Of a stretch of 64,000 nucleotides of DNA, positions 1 through 11,090 are shown piece by piece; within the stretch, counting starts at the first letter, position 1, and each line of letters starts with the position of its first letter. Position numbers and translations under genes: made by a program. Below the pieces are notes generated by a model, which worked only from the letters and a program-made list of their open reading frames with translations, made no database searches and was not told where the DNA came from. Origin of the DNA: an uncultured Candidatus Binatia bacterium (lineage in GTDB: Bacteria > Desulfobacterota > Binatia > Bin18); NCBI GenBank assembly GCA_965200965.1, contig OZ241744.1:1248001-1312000 (forward strand), read 5' to 3'.

Positions 1-83
1 CTTCTCCTGTTTATGCGGCCGGTGGGCCTGAACCTGCATCTTGATACGGCAACGCGGGCAGTGCATGACCAATCCTGTCTGGT

Positions 84-540
84 GTGTGTATGCCATACCG
101 TGGGGTCATGCCAGAGCCGGCCCGCCGCCAGCGGGGGATTTTCAGCCGCGGGACAGCCAGCTTTGCCACCGCCGAGGGCCGGTGTGCCCATCAGGCCGAA
201 ATCGACGCCGCCATCTCGACCTGGACCGGCCGGCAAGACGTGTTTGGGGCCGAGGCCAGGCTGCAAGGCGAGAAGGTTCCGGCCAGCGCGGTCCGAACCA
301 TGCACCAGTTGTACCAGGACCCCCAGTTGCTTCACCGGGAATACTTTGTTGACTTGGCGCACCCCCACCACGGCAAAACAACGGTCGAAGGCTCACGCTT
401 CAAGCTGTCCCGCACTCCGGTCCCAGGTCGGTGGCTCGGCGGCCACTCTGGGTCGTGACAATCAGTATGTGCCGGAAAAAATTTTGGGATCCAGCGAGGA
501 AAAGATCACCCAACTGGTGAGCGCCGAGGTGCTGGAGTAG
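84..540 (+). pseudogene. C-terminal remnant of a CaiB/BaiF-family CoA transferase, frameshifted near 421-424
   Basis: Frame 84-458 gives FATAEGR..EIDAAISTWT..VPASAV..DPQLLHREYFVDLAHPHHG..GSRFKLSRTP. The typical tail (ATLGRDNQYV..ILGSSEEKITQL..EVLE) continues in the frame of ORF 13-540. Confidence 0.7.
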
Positions 541-568
541 GCTTTCAGCCGGCCCGCACATTGCCCCC

Positions 569-1369
569 ATGCCAGCCCCGCCCAACAGCATCATTGAAAT
601 CAGCAACGCGACGGTCTACCGCCAGCATAACCGGGTTTTCGACGGGCTGTCGCTGCGCATTGCCGAAGGCTGTCATACCGCCATCCTGGGTCCCAACGGA
701 GCCGGCAAATCGACCTTGCTGAAACTCTTGTCGCGCGAGCTGTATCCGGTCCGGCAGGCCGGCAGCACAATCCGCATCAATGGCCAGGAACGCTGGGATG
801 TGTGGACGCTGCGCCGCCACTTTGGCTTGGTCTCGCACGACCTCCAGCGGGAGTATCTGGGCAGTGTGACGGGGCTGAGCGTAATCTTGTCGGGCTATTA
901 TGCCAGCAATAATATCTGGAGCCACCAGGATTTCAGCCCGGCCAACATTGCGCGGGCCTATGAGTTGATGGAGCGACTCGATATTACCACCCTCAAAGAC
1001 CGGCCCTTCTCCAGCCTGTCAACCGGCGAACAACGCCGCTTTCTGCTCGGTCGGGCGCTGGTCCACAACCCCGATACGCTGGTCCTGGACGAGCCGACCA
1101 GCGGCCTGGACCTCAAAACCTGCTTTCAGTACCTCGCCACCATTCGCCGGCTGATGCAGACCGGCAAGACCATTGTGCTGGTCACCCACCACATTCACGA
1201 AATTCCGCCAGAAATCTCGCGCGTGGTGTTGTTGAAACACGGGCGGGTGGTGGCCGACGGCGACAAGGCCAAGTTGTTCACCGACGCCACTCTGAGCCGC
1301 CTGTTTGACACCCCGGTCCACCTGCTCCAGGCCAAGGGCTACTATCAGGCGATTCCGGGCTCGGCATAG
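569..1369 (+). CDS. ABC transporter ATP-binding protein (ModF/YlmA-like)
   Basis: Walker A GPNGAGKST, signature LSTGEQRR, Walker B LVLDEP, H-loop VTHH. Confidence 0.9.
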   Translation: MPAPPNSIIEISNATVYRQHNRVFDGLSLRIAEGCHTAILGPNGAGKSTLLKLLSRELYPVRQAGSTIRINGQERWDVWTLRRHFGLVSHDLQREYLGSVTGLSVILSGYYASNNIWSHQDFSPANIARAYELMERLDITTLKDRPFSSLSTGEQRRFLLGRALVHNPDTLVLDEPTSGLDLKTCFQYLATIRRLMQTGKTIVLVTHHIHEIPPEISRVVLLKHGRVVADGDKAKLFTDATLSRLFDTPVHLLQAKGYYQAIPGSA

Positions 1370-1387
1370 CAGACACCCGTCCCAGCC

Positions 1388-3040
1388 ATGACGCCGCCGC
1401 CCGTCCAACACGTCCCAACCCGGCCCTTTTCCGACCAACGGCCCGGCACCTCGGGCCTGCGCAAAAAAACGCGGGTGTTTGCCCAAGCGCACTATGTGGA
1501 AAACTTCGTCCAGGCGGTCTTCATCTCCCTTCAGGACGACGCCCCGCTTGACCTCAGCCGCGAAAGCTTGGCCGTTGGCGGCGATGGACGCTATTACAAC
1601 CGCCAAGCCATCCAGCGGATTATCCGCATGGCAGTCGCCCACGGCTTCAGGCGCGTATTGGTCGGCCGGGGCGGCCTGCTGTCCACCCCGGCCATGTCCG
1701 CGGTCATCCGTCGCCACCACCTCTTAGGCGGGCTGATTCTGAGCGCCAGTCACAACCCGGGCGGCCCCCAGGCCGACTTTGGCATCAAGTACAATATGCG
1801 CAATGGCGGCCCCGCCTCCGAGCGCGTGACGCAGCGGATCTACGCCCACAGCCGGCGTCTGTCTTCATACCGGACCGTCGAGTGGCCAGATATTGATCTT
1901 GAGCGGGAAGGCTCAAGCCACATCGGCGGCACCGAGGTCCGGGTGATTGATCCGCTGGCCGACTATACCGCTCTCATGCAGGCTGTGTTTGACTTCGATG
2001 CCCTGCGGGCGCTCTTCCAGACTGGTTTTCGGCTGCGGTTTGACGCCATGCACGGGGTGACCGGGCCATACGCCCGGCATATTTTTGTGGACTGCCTCGG
2101 TGCGCCCGGGGCCAGCCTGCTGCACGCCACCCCGCTTGAAGACTTTGGCGGCGTCCATCCCGACCCCAATCTGGTCCACGCCGCGGGGCTCGTAGCCGAG
2201 CTGTCAGCGCCAGACGGGCCGGACTTTGGCGCGGCCTGCGACGGCGACGGCGACCGCAACCTCATCCTGGGCCGGGGCTGTTTTGTCACTCCCGGCGATT
2301 CGGTGGCGATTATTGCCCAACACGCGGCCAACTGCATCCCCGCCTACCGGGCCGGGCTGAGCGGTGTGGCCCGCTCCATGCCGACGAGCACCGCGCTCGA
2401 CCGCGTCGCCCGGGCACTCGGCATTGCGTGCTACGAAACCCCGACCGGCTGGAAATTTTTCGGCAATCTGATGGACGCCGGGCTGTGCAGCCTGTGCGGC
2501 GAAGAGAGCTTTGGCACCGGCTCAGATCACATCCGGGAAAAAGACGGGCTGTGGGCGGTGCTGTGCTGGCTGTCGATCCTGGCTCGGACAGGAAAATCAG
2601 TCGGCCAGATTGTCCATGACCACTGGCAACGCTTTGGCCGCAGTTACTACCAGCGCCACGACTTTGAACGCCTCGACGCCCAGGCCGTGAGCGGCGCGCT
2701 GGCGGCACTCCGCCACACCTTGCCCAGCCTAGTCGGCAGCCGGCTGGCCGGCTGCGCCGTCCGCCTGGCCGACGACTTCAGCTACACCGACCCGGTCGAC
2801 CACAGCCTAAGCCGCCGCCAGGGCTTGCGCATCGGCCTAGCCGACGGATCACGTCTGGTGTATCGCATATCGGGGACCGGGACGGACACGGCCACGCTGC
2901 GGGTCTATGCCGAGCGTTACACCGCCCAGTCCACGCGCAAGCCCCCCGAGGCCGTGCTGAGGCCGCTGGTGCAGGCCGCGGTCAAGCTGCTCGGGCTGCC
3001 CCAGCGTTGCGGGGTTGATACCGCCAGTGTGATTACTTGA
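1388..3040 (+). CDS. pgm: Phosphoglucomutase (alpha-D-glucose phosphate-specific)
   Basis: PGTSGLRKK, SASHNPGG phosphoserine loop, DGDGDR metal loop, CGEESFG. Confidence 0.93.
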   Translation: MTPPPVQHVPTRPFSDQRPGTSGLRKKTRVFAQAHYVENFVQAVFISLQDDAPLDLSRESLAVGGDGRYYNRQAIQRIIRMAVAHGFRRVLVGRGGLLSTPAMSAVIRRHHLLGGLILSASHNPGGPQADFGIKYNMRNGGPASERVTQRIYAHSRRLSSYRTVEWPDIDLEREGSSHIGGTEVRVIDPLADYTALMQAVFDFDALRALFQTGFRLRFDAMHGVTGPYARHIFVDCLGAPGASLLHATPLEDFGGVHPDPNLVHAAGLVAELSAPDGPDFGAACDGDGDRNLILGRGCFVTPGDSVAIIAQHAANCIPAYRAGLSGVARSMPTSTALDRVARALGIACYETPTGWKFFGNLMDAGLCSLCGEESFGTGSDHIREKDGLWAVLCWLSILARTGKSVGQIVHDHWQRFGRSYYQRHDFERLDAQAVSGALAALRHTLPSLVGSRLAGCAVRLADDFSYTDPVDHSLSRRQGLRIGLADGSRLVYRISGTGTDTATLRVYAERYTAQSTRKPPEAVLRPLVQAAVKLLGLPQRCGVDTASVIT

Positions 3041-3063
3041 GCGGCACCAGAAAGGTCTGAGCC

Positions 3064-4143
3064 ATGCGCAGGCATAGTGCGATCGTTGTTACCATTGTGG
3101 CCGTGCTGGGCCGGCTGGCACTGGCCGAGGCCGGGCCGCCCGTCGCCCGGGGCGGGCTGACCGATGTGGCCGGGGTCAAGCTCGGCCACTACACCCTCAG
3201 TCAGCGGCCGACCGGCTGCACCGTCGTTCTGGTCGAAGACGGGGCGGTCGCCGGGGCTGACGTGCGCGGCTCTGCCCCGGGCACGCGCGAGACCGACCTG
3301 TTGCGACCAGTCAGCCTAGTTGACCACATTCACGCCGTTGTACTGGCCGGTGGTAGCGCCTTTGGCTTGGCCGCGGCAGAGGGCGTCGTTCGATACCTGG
3401 AAGAGAGCGGCATCGGTTTTCTGACCTCGGCGGCAAAAGTCCCGATTGTCCCGGCCGCCATTCTCTACGATCTCGGCGTTGGCGACCCCAGCGTTCGCCC
3501 CAGCGCGGAATGCGGTTACTTGGCGGCCAAGGCGGCTACTAGCGGTCCAGTTGCCGAGGGCAATGTCGGGGCCGGAGTTGGGGCGACCGTCGGTAAGCTG
3601 ACCGGACCCGGCCGGGCCATGAAATCCGGCCTGGGAACCGCCTCCATCCGCCTGCCGAGCGGCCTGACCGTGGCCGCGGTAGTGGCAGTCAACGCGCTCG
3701 GCGACATCATTGACCCCCAGACCAACCAGGTTGTGGCCGGCCTGCGGACCGAGGACGGCCGGAGGCTGGCCGACAGCCGTGGCCGGCTGCGCTCCGCCGG
3801 TGCGACCCATAGCCAGGGCGGGCAAAATACCACTATCGGCATCATTGCCACCAATGCCCGGCTGACCAAGGTCCAGGTCACCAAGGTCGCCCAGATGGCC
3901 CACGACGGTTTTGCCCGGGCCATCAACCCGGTGCATACGCCGTACGACGGCGACACGATTTTTGCCCTGGCCACCGGCACCTACCAGGAGGATGGGCCCG
4001 CCCTGGCTGGGGTCCTGCATATTGGAGCCTTAGCCGCCGAGGTCATGGCCGAGGCGATTGTCCGCGCCGGGCGTGCCGCGGTCAGCATCCCCGGCTATCC
4101 CGCGGTGCGCGATCTGACCCCAACGGGCAGCCCACGGCGCTGA
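3064..4143 (+). CDS. P1/S58-family peptidase (DmpA-like), possible signal peptide
   Basis: LTDVAGVKLGH, RGSAPGTRETDLL, GGSAFGL, NTTIG, PVHTPYDGD. Confidence 0.88.
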   Translation: MRRHSAIVVTIVAVLGRLALAEAGPPVARGGLTDVAGVKLGHYTLSQRPTGCTVVLVEDGAVAGADVRGSAPGTRETDLLRPVSLVDHIHAVVLAGGSAFGLAAAEGVVRYLEESGIGFLTSAAKVPIVPAAILYDLGVGDPSVRPSAECGYLAAKAATSGPVAEGNVGAGVGATVGKLTGPGRAMKSGLGTASIRLPSGLTVAAVVAVNALGDIIDPQTNQVVAGLRTEDGRRLADSRGRLRSAGATHSQGGQNTTIGIIATNARLTKVQVTKVAQMAHDGFARAINPVHTPYDGDTIFALATGTYQEDGPALAGVLHIGALAAEVMAEAIVRAGRAAVSIPGYPAVRDLTPTGSPRR

Positions 4144-4391
4144 TGCCAACCGCTTTACCATGATGGGAATCTCCGCCCCGGCTAGGCCAAACAGCCCGGC
4201 CCTATCTATCCTGACCGCTTCCGCCGCGTGGCCGGGTTAAAGTGCAGCCACACCACTTCCGTCAGCGTCATCACCGTTCAGACAGGCACGGCCTGCCTTG
4301 CCGAGACCGACCTGACTTGGTAGAGGAAAGAGACCCACAGGCCGGCGGAGCAGTCATCCTGGAGGTTGCCACGGCGAGGAGGACAGGGCGC

Positions 4392-5621
4392 ATGATCGTC
4401 ATGAATGAACATTATCTCCAGCTCCAGGCGTCGTATTTGTTTTCGGATATCGCCAAGCGGGTGGCCGCGTTTCAGAAACGCCATCCAGACCGGGATGTCA
4501 TCCGGCTGGGGATTGGCGACGTGACCCGCGGTCTGCCGGCGGCCTGCATTGCCGCTCTGCACGCCGCGGTGGACGAAATGGCCAATGACGCGACTTTTCG
4601 TGGCTACGGCCCCGAGTTGGGCTACGAGTTTTTACGCCAGGCAGTCGCCGAGCACGACTTCCAGGCGCGTGGCCTTGATATCTCCCCGGATGAGGTCTTT
4701 ATTAGCGATGGGACTAAGTGCGATTCGGGCAATTTTCAAGAACTGTTCGCCCCGGACACCCGCATTGCCGTGCCCGACCCGGTCTATCCGGTCTATGTTG
4801 ACACGAACGTCATGGCCGGCCGCTCCACCGGCTGGCAGGACGGCCGTTACCAAGGGTTGGTGTATTTGGAATCGACCCAGGACAACAATTACATCCCCGC
4901 CCCGCCCCAGACCAAGGTTGACGTCATCTATCTGTGCTTTCCCAACAATCCGACCGGCAGCATGGTCACCGGGGACCAACTCCGGCCGTGGGTGGACTAT
5001 GCCAGGGACAACAAAGCCCTGATTCTGTACGACGCGGCTTATGTCGAGTTTATCCGCGACAACAGCCTGCCCCAGAGCATCTATGATGTGGACGGGGCCA
5101 AGGAGGTAGCGGTCGAGTTTCGCAGCTTCTCAAAGACGGCCGGGTTTACCGGCACCCGCTGCGCCTACACCATTGTGCCCAAGCCGTGTCGGGTCTACGA
5201 CTCGCAGGGTAGGGCCCACGCCTTGCATGCGCTGTGGGACCGCCGCCAATCGACCAAGTTCAACGGGGTGTCGTATCCGGTCCAGCGGGCCGCGCAGGCG
5301 GTGTACTCCCCACAGGGCAAACGGCAGGTCCGGGAGTTGAGCGATTATTACCTGGCCAACGCGGCCCTGATTCGTCAGACCATGAGCGGCCTCGGCTACG
5401 CCTGTGTGGGCGGTGAACACGCCCCCTATGTCTGGATCAAGGCCGCTACCGACTCGTGGGAGTTCTTTGACCTGCTGCTGAACAAGGCCGGGGTGGTGTG
5501 TACCCCGGGCGCAGGTTTTGGCAAGTGTGGCGAGGGCTACGCCCGGCTCAGCGCGTTTACCAGCAGGGAAAACGTCGAGACGGCCCTTGAGCGGATCAAC
5601 GCGGCCCTGCGCGGCCCATAA
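4392..5621 (+). CDS. dapL: LL-diaminopimelate aminotransferase
   Basis: YLFSDIAKRV, IRLGIGDVT, GYGPE.GY.FLR, CFPNNPTG, SFSKTAGFTGTR (PLP Lys). Start set at the ATG after a GAGGAGG SD. Confidence 0.93.
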   Translation: MIVMNEHYLQLQASYLFSDIAKRVAAFQKRHPDRDVIRLGIGDVTRGLPAACIAALHAAVDEMANDATFRGYGPELGYEFLRQAVAEHDFQARGLDISPDEVFISDGTKCDSGNFQELFAPDTRIAVPDPVYPVYVDTNVMAGRSTGWQDGRYQGLVYLESTQDNNYIPAPPQTKVDVIYLCFPNNPTGSMVTGDQLRPWVDYARDNKALILYDAAYVEFIRDNSLPQSIYDVDGAKEVAVEFRSFSKTAGFTGTRCAYTIVPKPCRVYDSQGRAHALHALWDRRQSTKFNGVSYPVQRAAQAVYSPQGKRQVRELSDYYLANAALIRQTMSGLGYACVGGEHAPYVWIKAATDSWEFFDLLLNKAGVVCTPGAGFGKCGEGYARLSAFTSRENVETALERINAALRGP

Positions 5622-5687
5622 AAAGACGCCCGGGGCACGAAACCCCAGTCTGTAGCCTTGTGCAGTGAGGGAGAGGGGGGCAGAAAT

Positions 5688-7907
5688 ATGGCGGTGATGT
5701 TTGCATCGGCCCGGCGGCGGGCGTGGTGGCTTGTCAGCCTCGTCTATGCGCTCGCCCGAGACGTGTTGCAACGACAGCACTCCCGTGAGCAGGGGCTGAG
5801 CGCCCTGTTGCTTATCAGCCTTGGCCTTGTTCACGCCCTTGCCCGGCCAGCCCCAGCCCAGAATGCTGCGCCGCCGGCAGAAGCCGGCGAAGCCGCCACA
5901 CTTGCACCGCTGACCGTTTCAGCCGAGCGCATCCTGCCCTTTGCGGGAGCGGGCGGCACGGTGGTGTCGGCCCGCTTGGCGCGTGAGCATCACGCCAAAG
6001 ATGTGGCCGAAATCCTCAAGACCGAAGTCCCCGGAGTGACTGGCAAACGCATCGGCGGGATGCACCTTGACCCCATCATCCGCGGGCTGCGCGAGGACCG
6101 GCTGAGCGTCATGACCAACGGCACCAAGATATGGGGCGGCGGGCCGTTTCGCATGGACCCGCCGACCTCGCTGCTGGAAATCGAGGATATTGAAGCCATT
6201 GAGGTCATCAAGGGGCCGTACTCCGTTACCCGGGGCCCGAGCGGCATCGGCGGCACGATCAACCTGGTGACTAAACAGCCCGAACTCGCAGCCGAGTGGT
6301 ACGCCAGCGGCTCGCTCGGCAGCCTGTACGCCAGCAACTACAAGGGCTTTGCCGGCTTGGCCTCGGTCAGCGCCGGTGGGCCACGCCTAGCCTTTCGGCT
6401 GTCGGGCAGCTACCGCGACTATCAGGACTATGACTCGGGCGATGGCGAGCAGATACAGTCCGGGTTTCAAAGCCAGTCTGTGTCTGGCGCGCTGCTGTGG
6501 CAGCCCCACGCGGCTCATCGCTTTCACCTGTCACTGAGCCGGGAGTCAGACCGCGACTCGCGCTTTGCCACCCTGCCCCTGCACCTCGAAGAAGACGATG
6601 CCTATCTCGGCTCGCTGACATATACCTTCACCGAGCCGCTGCCCTCGGTCCACAGCCTGAGCCTCACCGGCTACTACAACTATGTGCATCACCGGATGAA
6701 CAACGAGCATAAGCCCAGCCGGGTCATGCTGAGCAATACCCTGCCGCTTGACGCCCGGACCTTTGGCGGGCGGCTGAAGGCGACTCTAGGCCCGGCCTGG
6801 GGCGGCCGCCTGACGGTCGGCGGCGACGCCTACCGGCTGGAGCGCGAGGGCACCCACCGGATCAGGTTTCGCCTCGGGCCAAACGCCGGTCGGCGGGTGT
6901 CGTTTGCGACTTGGCCCGAGACCTCGATCATGGACGGCGGCATCTTTATCGAGTACGACTATCGGCTCGCTGCCAAGTGGCGGCTTATTGTCGGGGCTCG
7001 GGTGGATTTTGTCAGCACCACAGCCGACCCGGACGCGACAACCCAACTGCGCTATCGTAGCAATACCCCTGCCGGGGCTGATACGGATGACATTGACAGC
7101 TTTGAGACCAACGTGAGTGCCAACGGCCGGCTGATCTATTCACCCCTGCCGACGCTTGACCTGTTTGTCGGGCTAGGCCGGGCGGTGCGGACGGCCGATG
7201 CGACCGAACGCTATCTGGCCTTTGGCCCGGGCCCGGGCGGCTTCTATGTCGGCAACCCCGCCCTTGACCCCGAAGAGAGCCTGGAGGTCGATGTCGGCCT
7301 GAACGCCGGCTGGGGACGGCTGGCGGTGGACGGCTCGTTTTTCTACAACCGCGTGGACGACTACATCCTGCCACATGTCATCGATCCAGAGCGGGCCAAC
7401 CCGGTCCGCACATTCCTGCCGATGGCCCCTGGCACCACAATCCTGCGCGGCTTTCGCAATATCGATCACGCCTCGTTGGTCGGCGTTGAGCTCGGTCTCA
7501 GTTATGTCCTGCGGGAAGACCTGAGTCTAGTCGGCACCTTTGCCTATGTGCGGGGAGAAAATGAGCAGGACAACACCGCCCTGCCCGAGATTCCACCCCT
7601 GGAGGGCCGGCTGGGGCTGCGCTATGAGCACCCGGACTGGGGGCTGTGGCTGAACCCGACGGTCCGGCTGGCCCAGAGCCAGCACCGCATTGACACCGCG
7701 TTTGGCGAGGATGTCACGCCCGGCTTCGTCACCGTGGACCTCAACGCCGGCTGGCGTGCCCTCGGGCCCTACGAGTTGATTATCGCTGTTGATAACCTGC
7801 TCAACACGACCTATCACGAGCACATGACCCGGGAAAATCCGTTTAGTGGGCGGGAGGTGTTTGAGGCCGGCCGGGTGGTGACGGTCGGTATCAGAGCCAG
7901 CTTTTGA
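5688..7907 (+). CDS. TonB-dependent receptor, OprC (copper receptor)-like
   Basis: Plug with DPIIRG, RMDPPTS and IEVIKGPYSV; HxM (HHRMNN); LPEIPPLE; C-terminal NLLNTTYHEH..RASF ending in Phe. Start uncertain. Confidence 0.85.
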   Translation: MAVMFASARRRAWWLVSLVYALARDVLQRQHSREQGLSALLLISLGLVHALARPAPAQNAAPPAEAGEAATLAPLTVSAERILPFAGAGGTVVSARLAREHHAKDVAEILKTEVPGVTGKRIGGMHLDPIIRGLREDRLSVMTNGTKIWGGGPFRMDPPTSLLEIEDIEAIEVIKGPYSVTRGPSGIGGTINLVTKQPELAAEWYASGSLGSLYASNYKGFAGLASVSAGGPRLAFRLSGSYRDYQDYDSGDGEQIQSGFQSQSVSGALLWQPHAAHRFHLSLSRESDRDSRFATLPLHLEEDDAYLGSLTYTFTEPLPSVHSLSLTGYYNYVHHRMNNEHKPSRVMLSNTLPLDARTFGGRLKATLGPAWGGRLTVGGDAYRLEREGTHRIRFRLGPNAGRRVSFATWPETSIMDGGIFIEYDYRLAAKWRLIVGARVDFVSTTADPDATTQLRYRSNTPAGADTDDIDSFETNVSANGRLIYSPLPTLDLFVGLGRAVRTADATERYLAFGPGPGGFYVGNPALDPEESLEVDVGLNAGWGRLAVDGSFFYNRVDDYILPHVIDPERANPVRTFLPMAPGTTILRGFRNIDHASLVGVELGLSYVLREDLSLVGTFAYVRGENEQDNTALPEIPPLEGRLGLRYEHPDWGLWLNPTVRLAQSQHRIDTAFGEDVTPGFVTVDLNAGWRALGPYELIIAVDNLLNTTYHEHMTRENPFSGREVFEAGRVVTVGIRASF

Positions 7908-7945
7908 GCGCTTGACTCTTGCGCCCACACGGCCCACGCTTCGGC

Positions 7946-8722
<777 letters not shown>

Positions 8723-8805
8723 AAACCGCCTGTGCAATGGGCTAAGAGTTGCACGGCAAAACGCGGTTGATAAGGACTGCGGGCAGACCACACAAGGAGG
8801 GACAT

Positions 8806-9672
8806 ATGGCCAAAGTCATGATCGAGGCGGCCATTAACGGCAACGCCATGAGGGATCTCAACCCCCATATTCCGTACAGCCCGGAAGAAATCGCCAACGA
8901 CGCCATCGCCACCTGTCGGGCCGGAGCGGCGCTGATCCATTTTCATGTCCGCAACCCGGACACCGGGGCGTGGGTGCAAGACCTGCCCTACTACTCCGAG
9001 GTCTACACACGCACCCGCGAGCAGTGCAACCCGTTGCTGTGGCCGACCTTTCCGTTTGGCGATGATCCGGTCCGGCGGTTTCAGCACTTTTTTGAGCTGG
9101 CCAGAGACCCGAGCACCAAACCCGACCTGGGGGCCGGCGACATGGGCTCGGTCAACCTGGTGTCGTATGACCCGGTCACCAAAACCCTGGGCGAGGGGAG
9201 TTTTGTCTACCGGAACTCCTACGACACCATCAAACACTTCCTGGAGGGATCAAATGAGCTTGGCCTGCGTCCGACCCTCCAGATTTTTGACGCCAGTTTT
9301 TTGCGCGCCGCCCTGGTCTTCCTGGACAAAGGTGTGCTGAGCGAGCCCCTGTTGCTGAAGTTCTATTTTGGCGGCCCGGCACTGCCGTTTGGCCTGCCCC
9401 CAACTCTCAAGAGCCTCGAAGCCTATCTGGACATGCTCACCGGCGTGCGCTGCCACTGGTTTGCGGCCACCTTAGGCGGCGACAACCTGCCCTTTGTGCC
9501 GCAGATCGTCAGCATGGGCGGCCATGTGCGGGTCGGCCTGGAGGACCATCAGTACGCCAAAGAAGGCCAGCTCAGCAATGCCGAGATTGTGGGCCGGGCG
9601 GTGGGCATGATTACCGGGATGGGCCACGAGGTGGCGACGCCGGAGGAGACGCGGGCGATGCTGGAGACCTGA
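8806..9672 (+). CDS. Beta-keto acid cleavage enzyme (BKACE/DUF849, Kce-like)
   Basis: IEAAING..NPHIPYSPEEIA, IHFHVR, GGHVRVGLED; AAGGAGG SD. Confidence 0.9.
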   Translation: MAKVMIEAAINGNAMRDLNPHIPYSPEEIANDAIATCRAGAALIHFHVRNPDTGAWVQDLPYYSEVYTRTREQCNPLLWPTFPFGDDPVRRFQHFFELARDPSTKPDLGAGDMGSVNLVSYDPVTKTLGEGSFVYRNSYDTIKHFLEGSNELGLRPTLQIFDASFLRAALVFLDKGVLSEPLLLKFYFGGPALPFGLPPTLKSLEAYLDMLTGVRCHWFAATLGGDNLPFVPQIVSMGGHVRVGLEDHQYAKEGQLSNAEIVGRAVGMITGMGHEVATPEETRAMLET

Positions 9673-9677
9673 AAAGC

Positions 9678-10226
9678 TCACAGGTTCTCAGAAAAGTCCC
9701 GAATGACGAGGCGCTCCTGGGGCAGCAGTCCGAGTTCCGGTCTGGCCTCAAGGCCACACGCCTCTGCCAGCGCGGAGAGCAACAGCGCACTCACAACCCC
9801 CTCTTCGCCGCTCCGGTCGCGGCCGCCCTTGTGCAGGGTGAGGGAGCAGACCCGGGTGCTTGCCGCATTACACACCCCGATATGGGCGCGATGGTCGCCT
9901 TTCCTGGGCCGGTCGCTTGCCAGCGCTGCGGTACAGCCCAGGCCGATAAGCGGCCCTGTCGCATCCGCCCGGAGCCGGACCGCCTGCTGATAGGCGGCTC
10001 GGGCGAGGGCGGCCGCGGCCGCGGCTGTGACCGACTGCCTGACCGTTTCGCCCAGGAAGGCGCTTTGGGCGGCCTGACTGTAGGGGATGACGGCTTCCAG
10101 GACTGTACGCGAAGCGCCGGGCACAGCCAGGAGTTCGGCCACGGCTTGGCCGCCGCCGCCGGTGACGGCCAGGACTGTCATAACCGGGCTCGCGTGGATT
10201 TGGCTGATGAGAGCAGTCGTGTTCAT
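9678..10226 (-). CDS. CinA-like fold hypothetical protein
   Basis: VLAVTGGGGQA..LLAVPGASRTVLEAVIPYS, GLGCTAALASDRPRKGDHR, R..EE. Confidence 0.6.
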   Translation of the reverse strand: MNTTALISQIHASPVMTVLAVTGGGGQAVAELLAVPGASRTVLEAVIPYSQAAQSAFLGETVRQSVTAAAAAALARAAYQQAVRLRADATGPLIGLGCTAALASDRPRKGDHRAHIGVCNAASTRVCSLTLHKGGRDRSGEEGVVSALLLSALAEACGLEARPELGLLPQERLVIRDFSENL

Positions 10227-10246
10227 GGCGACCGCTTTGCCCTTCC

Positions 10247-10975
10247 CTATTTCATCCCGCCAAAAATTGCAAAATTCAGAAACTTCCAATAGCAGTCCAC
10301 CATCCTGAAGCCGGCTTCTCGCCACCAGTCCAACTGTGGCTCAAGTGCCGTGATGTGGCTGCTCCGGCCCTTGGGCCGCTGCATGACCGTGCGCGCCTCG
10401 CGGATTTCTTCCAGGGAGTGTTCCAGGCCGTGTTCGTGCAGGTGTTGCTGAGTTACCCGGTCGGCCAGCGGGGTAAAATGCTCGCGCATTTCCGGCGCGC
10501 CGCTCACCACATCGTTGTTGAGGAACAGGCCGCCGGGCAGCAGCAGCGCATACACCTCGGCACACAAGGCCCGTTTGCGCTGATCGCTCAGATGGTGCAG
10601 GGCAATCGCCGAGACCGCGGCCTCAAAAGGTCCCGGCAACTCCGCCGCCCAGGCGGGGTCGGCCAAGTCTCTGAGAAACATCCTGACCTGCTGACCGTAC
10701 CGGGCCAGGCGTGGCTCGGCATACTCCTGCATGGCCGCCGAGCCGTCCAGCCACACCACACTGGCCTGCGGATAGCGACTGAGAATGGTCTCTGTCACCG
10801 CCCCATAGCCGGCCCCTAAATCCAACACCCGAATGGGCCGGTCGGTCGGCCAGGGGAAGAAATCAACCAAGCTGCTCAGCTGTTCATAGCGCTTGGGAAT
10901 CAAGAGAGCACCGCGCGCCACAAAACAATCAACCCGCTCCTGCTCCCCCCAGCCGCACAGGGTATCGTATGCCAT
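10247..10975 (-). CDS. Class I SAM-dependent methyltransferase
   Basis: VLDLGAGYG, VSAIALHHL, LLPGGLFLNND. Confidence 0.88.
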   Translation of the reverse strand: MAYDTLCGWGEQERVDCFVARGALLIPKRYEQLSSLVDFFPWPTDRPIRVLDLGAGYGAVTETILSRYPQASVVWLDGSAAMQEYAEPRLARYGQQVRMFLRDLADPAWAAELPGPFEAAVSAIALHHLSDQRKRALCAEVYALLLPGGLFLNNDVVSGAPEMREHFTPLADRVTQQHLHEHGLEHSLEEIREARTVMQRPKGRSSHITALEPQLDWWREAGFRMVDCYWKFLNFAIFGGMK

Positions 10976-11090
10976 ACCAACCTCCCGACTGTAGCGAACT
11001 CTGCCAGACGCTATGGCATCTTTGGGCGTGGCGTGCAAGCCGGCGGCCCCTTGCGTCTCGACCCAGAAGCCTTTAGAATGCAGGATCCGT

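Noticed and set aside
4144-4391. Possible lysine riboswitch upstream of dapL
   Set aside because: Conserved riboswitch motifs and a terminator could not be identified by eye; an Rfam search would be needed.
5622-5652. Weak hairpin after dapL as a terminator
   Set aside because: Short imperfect stem with no U-tract on the + strand.
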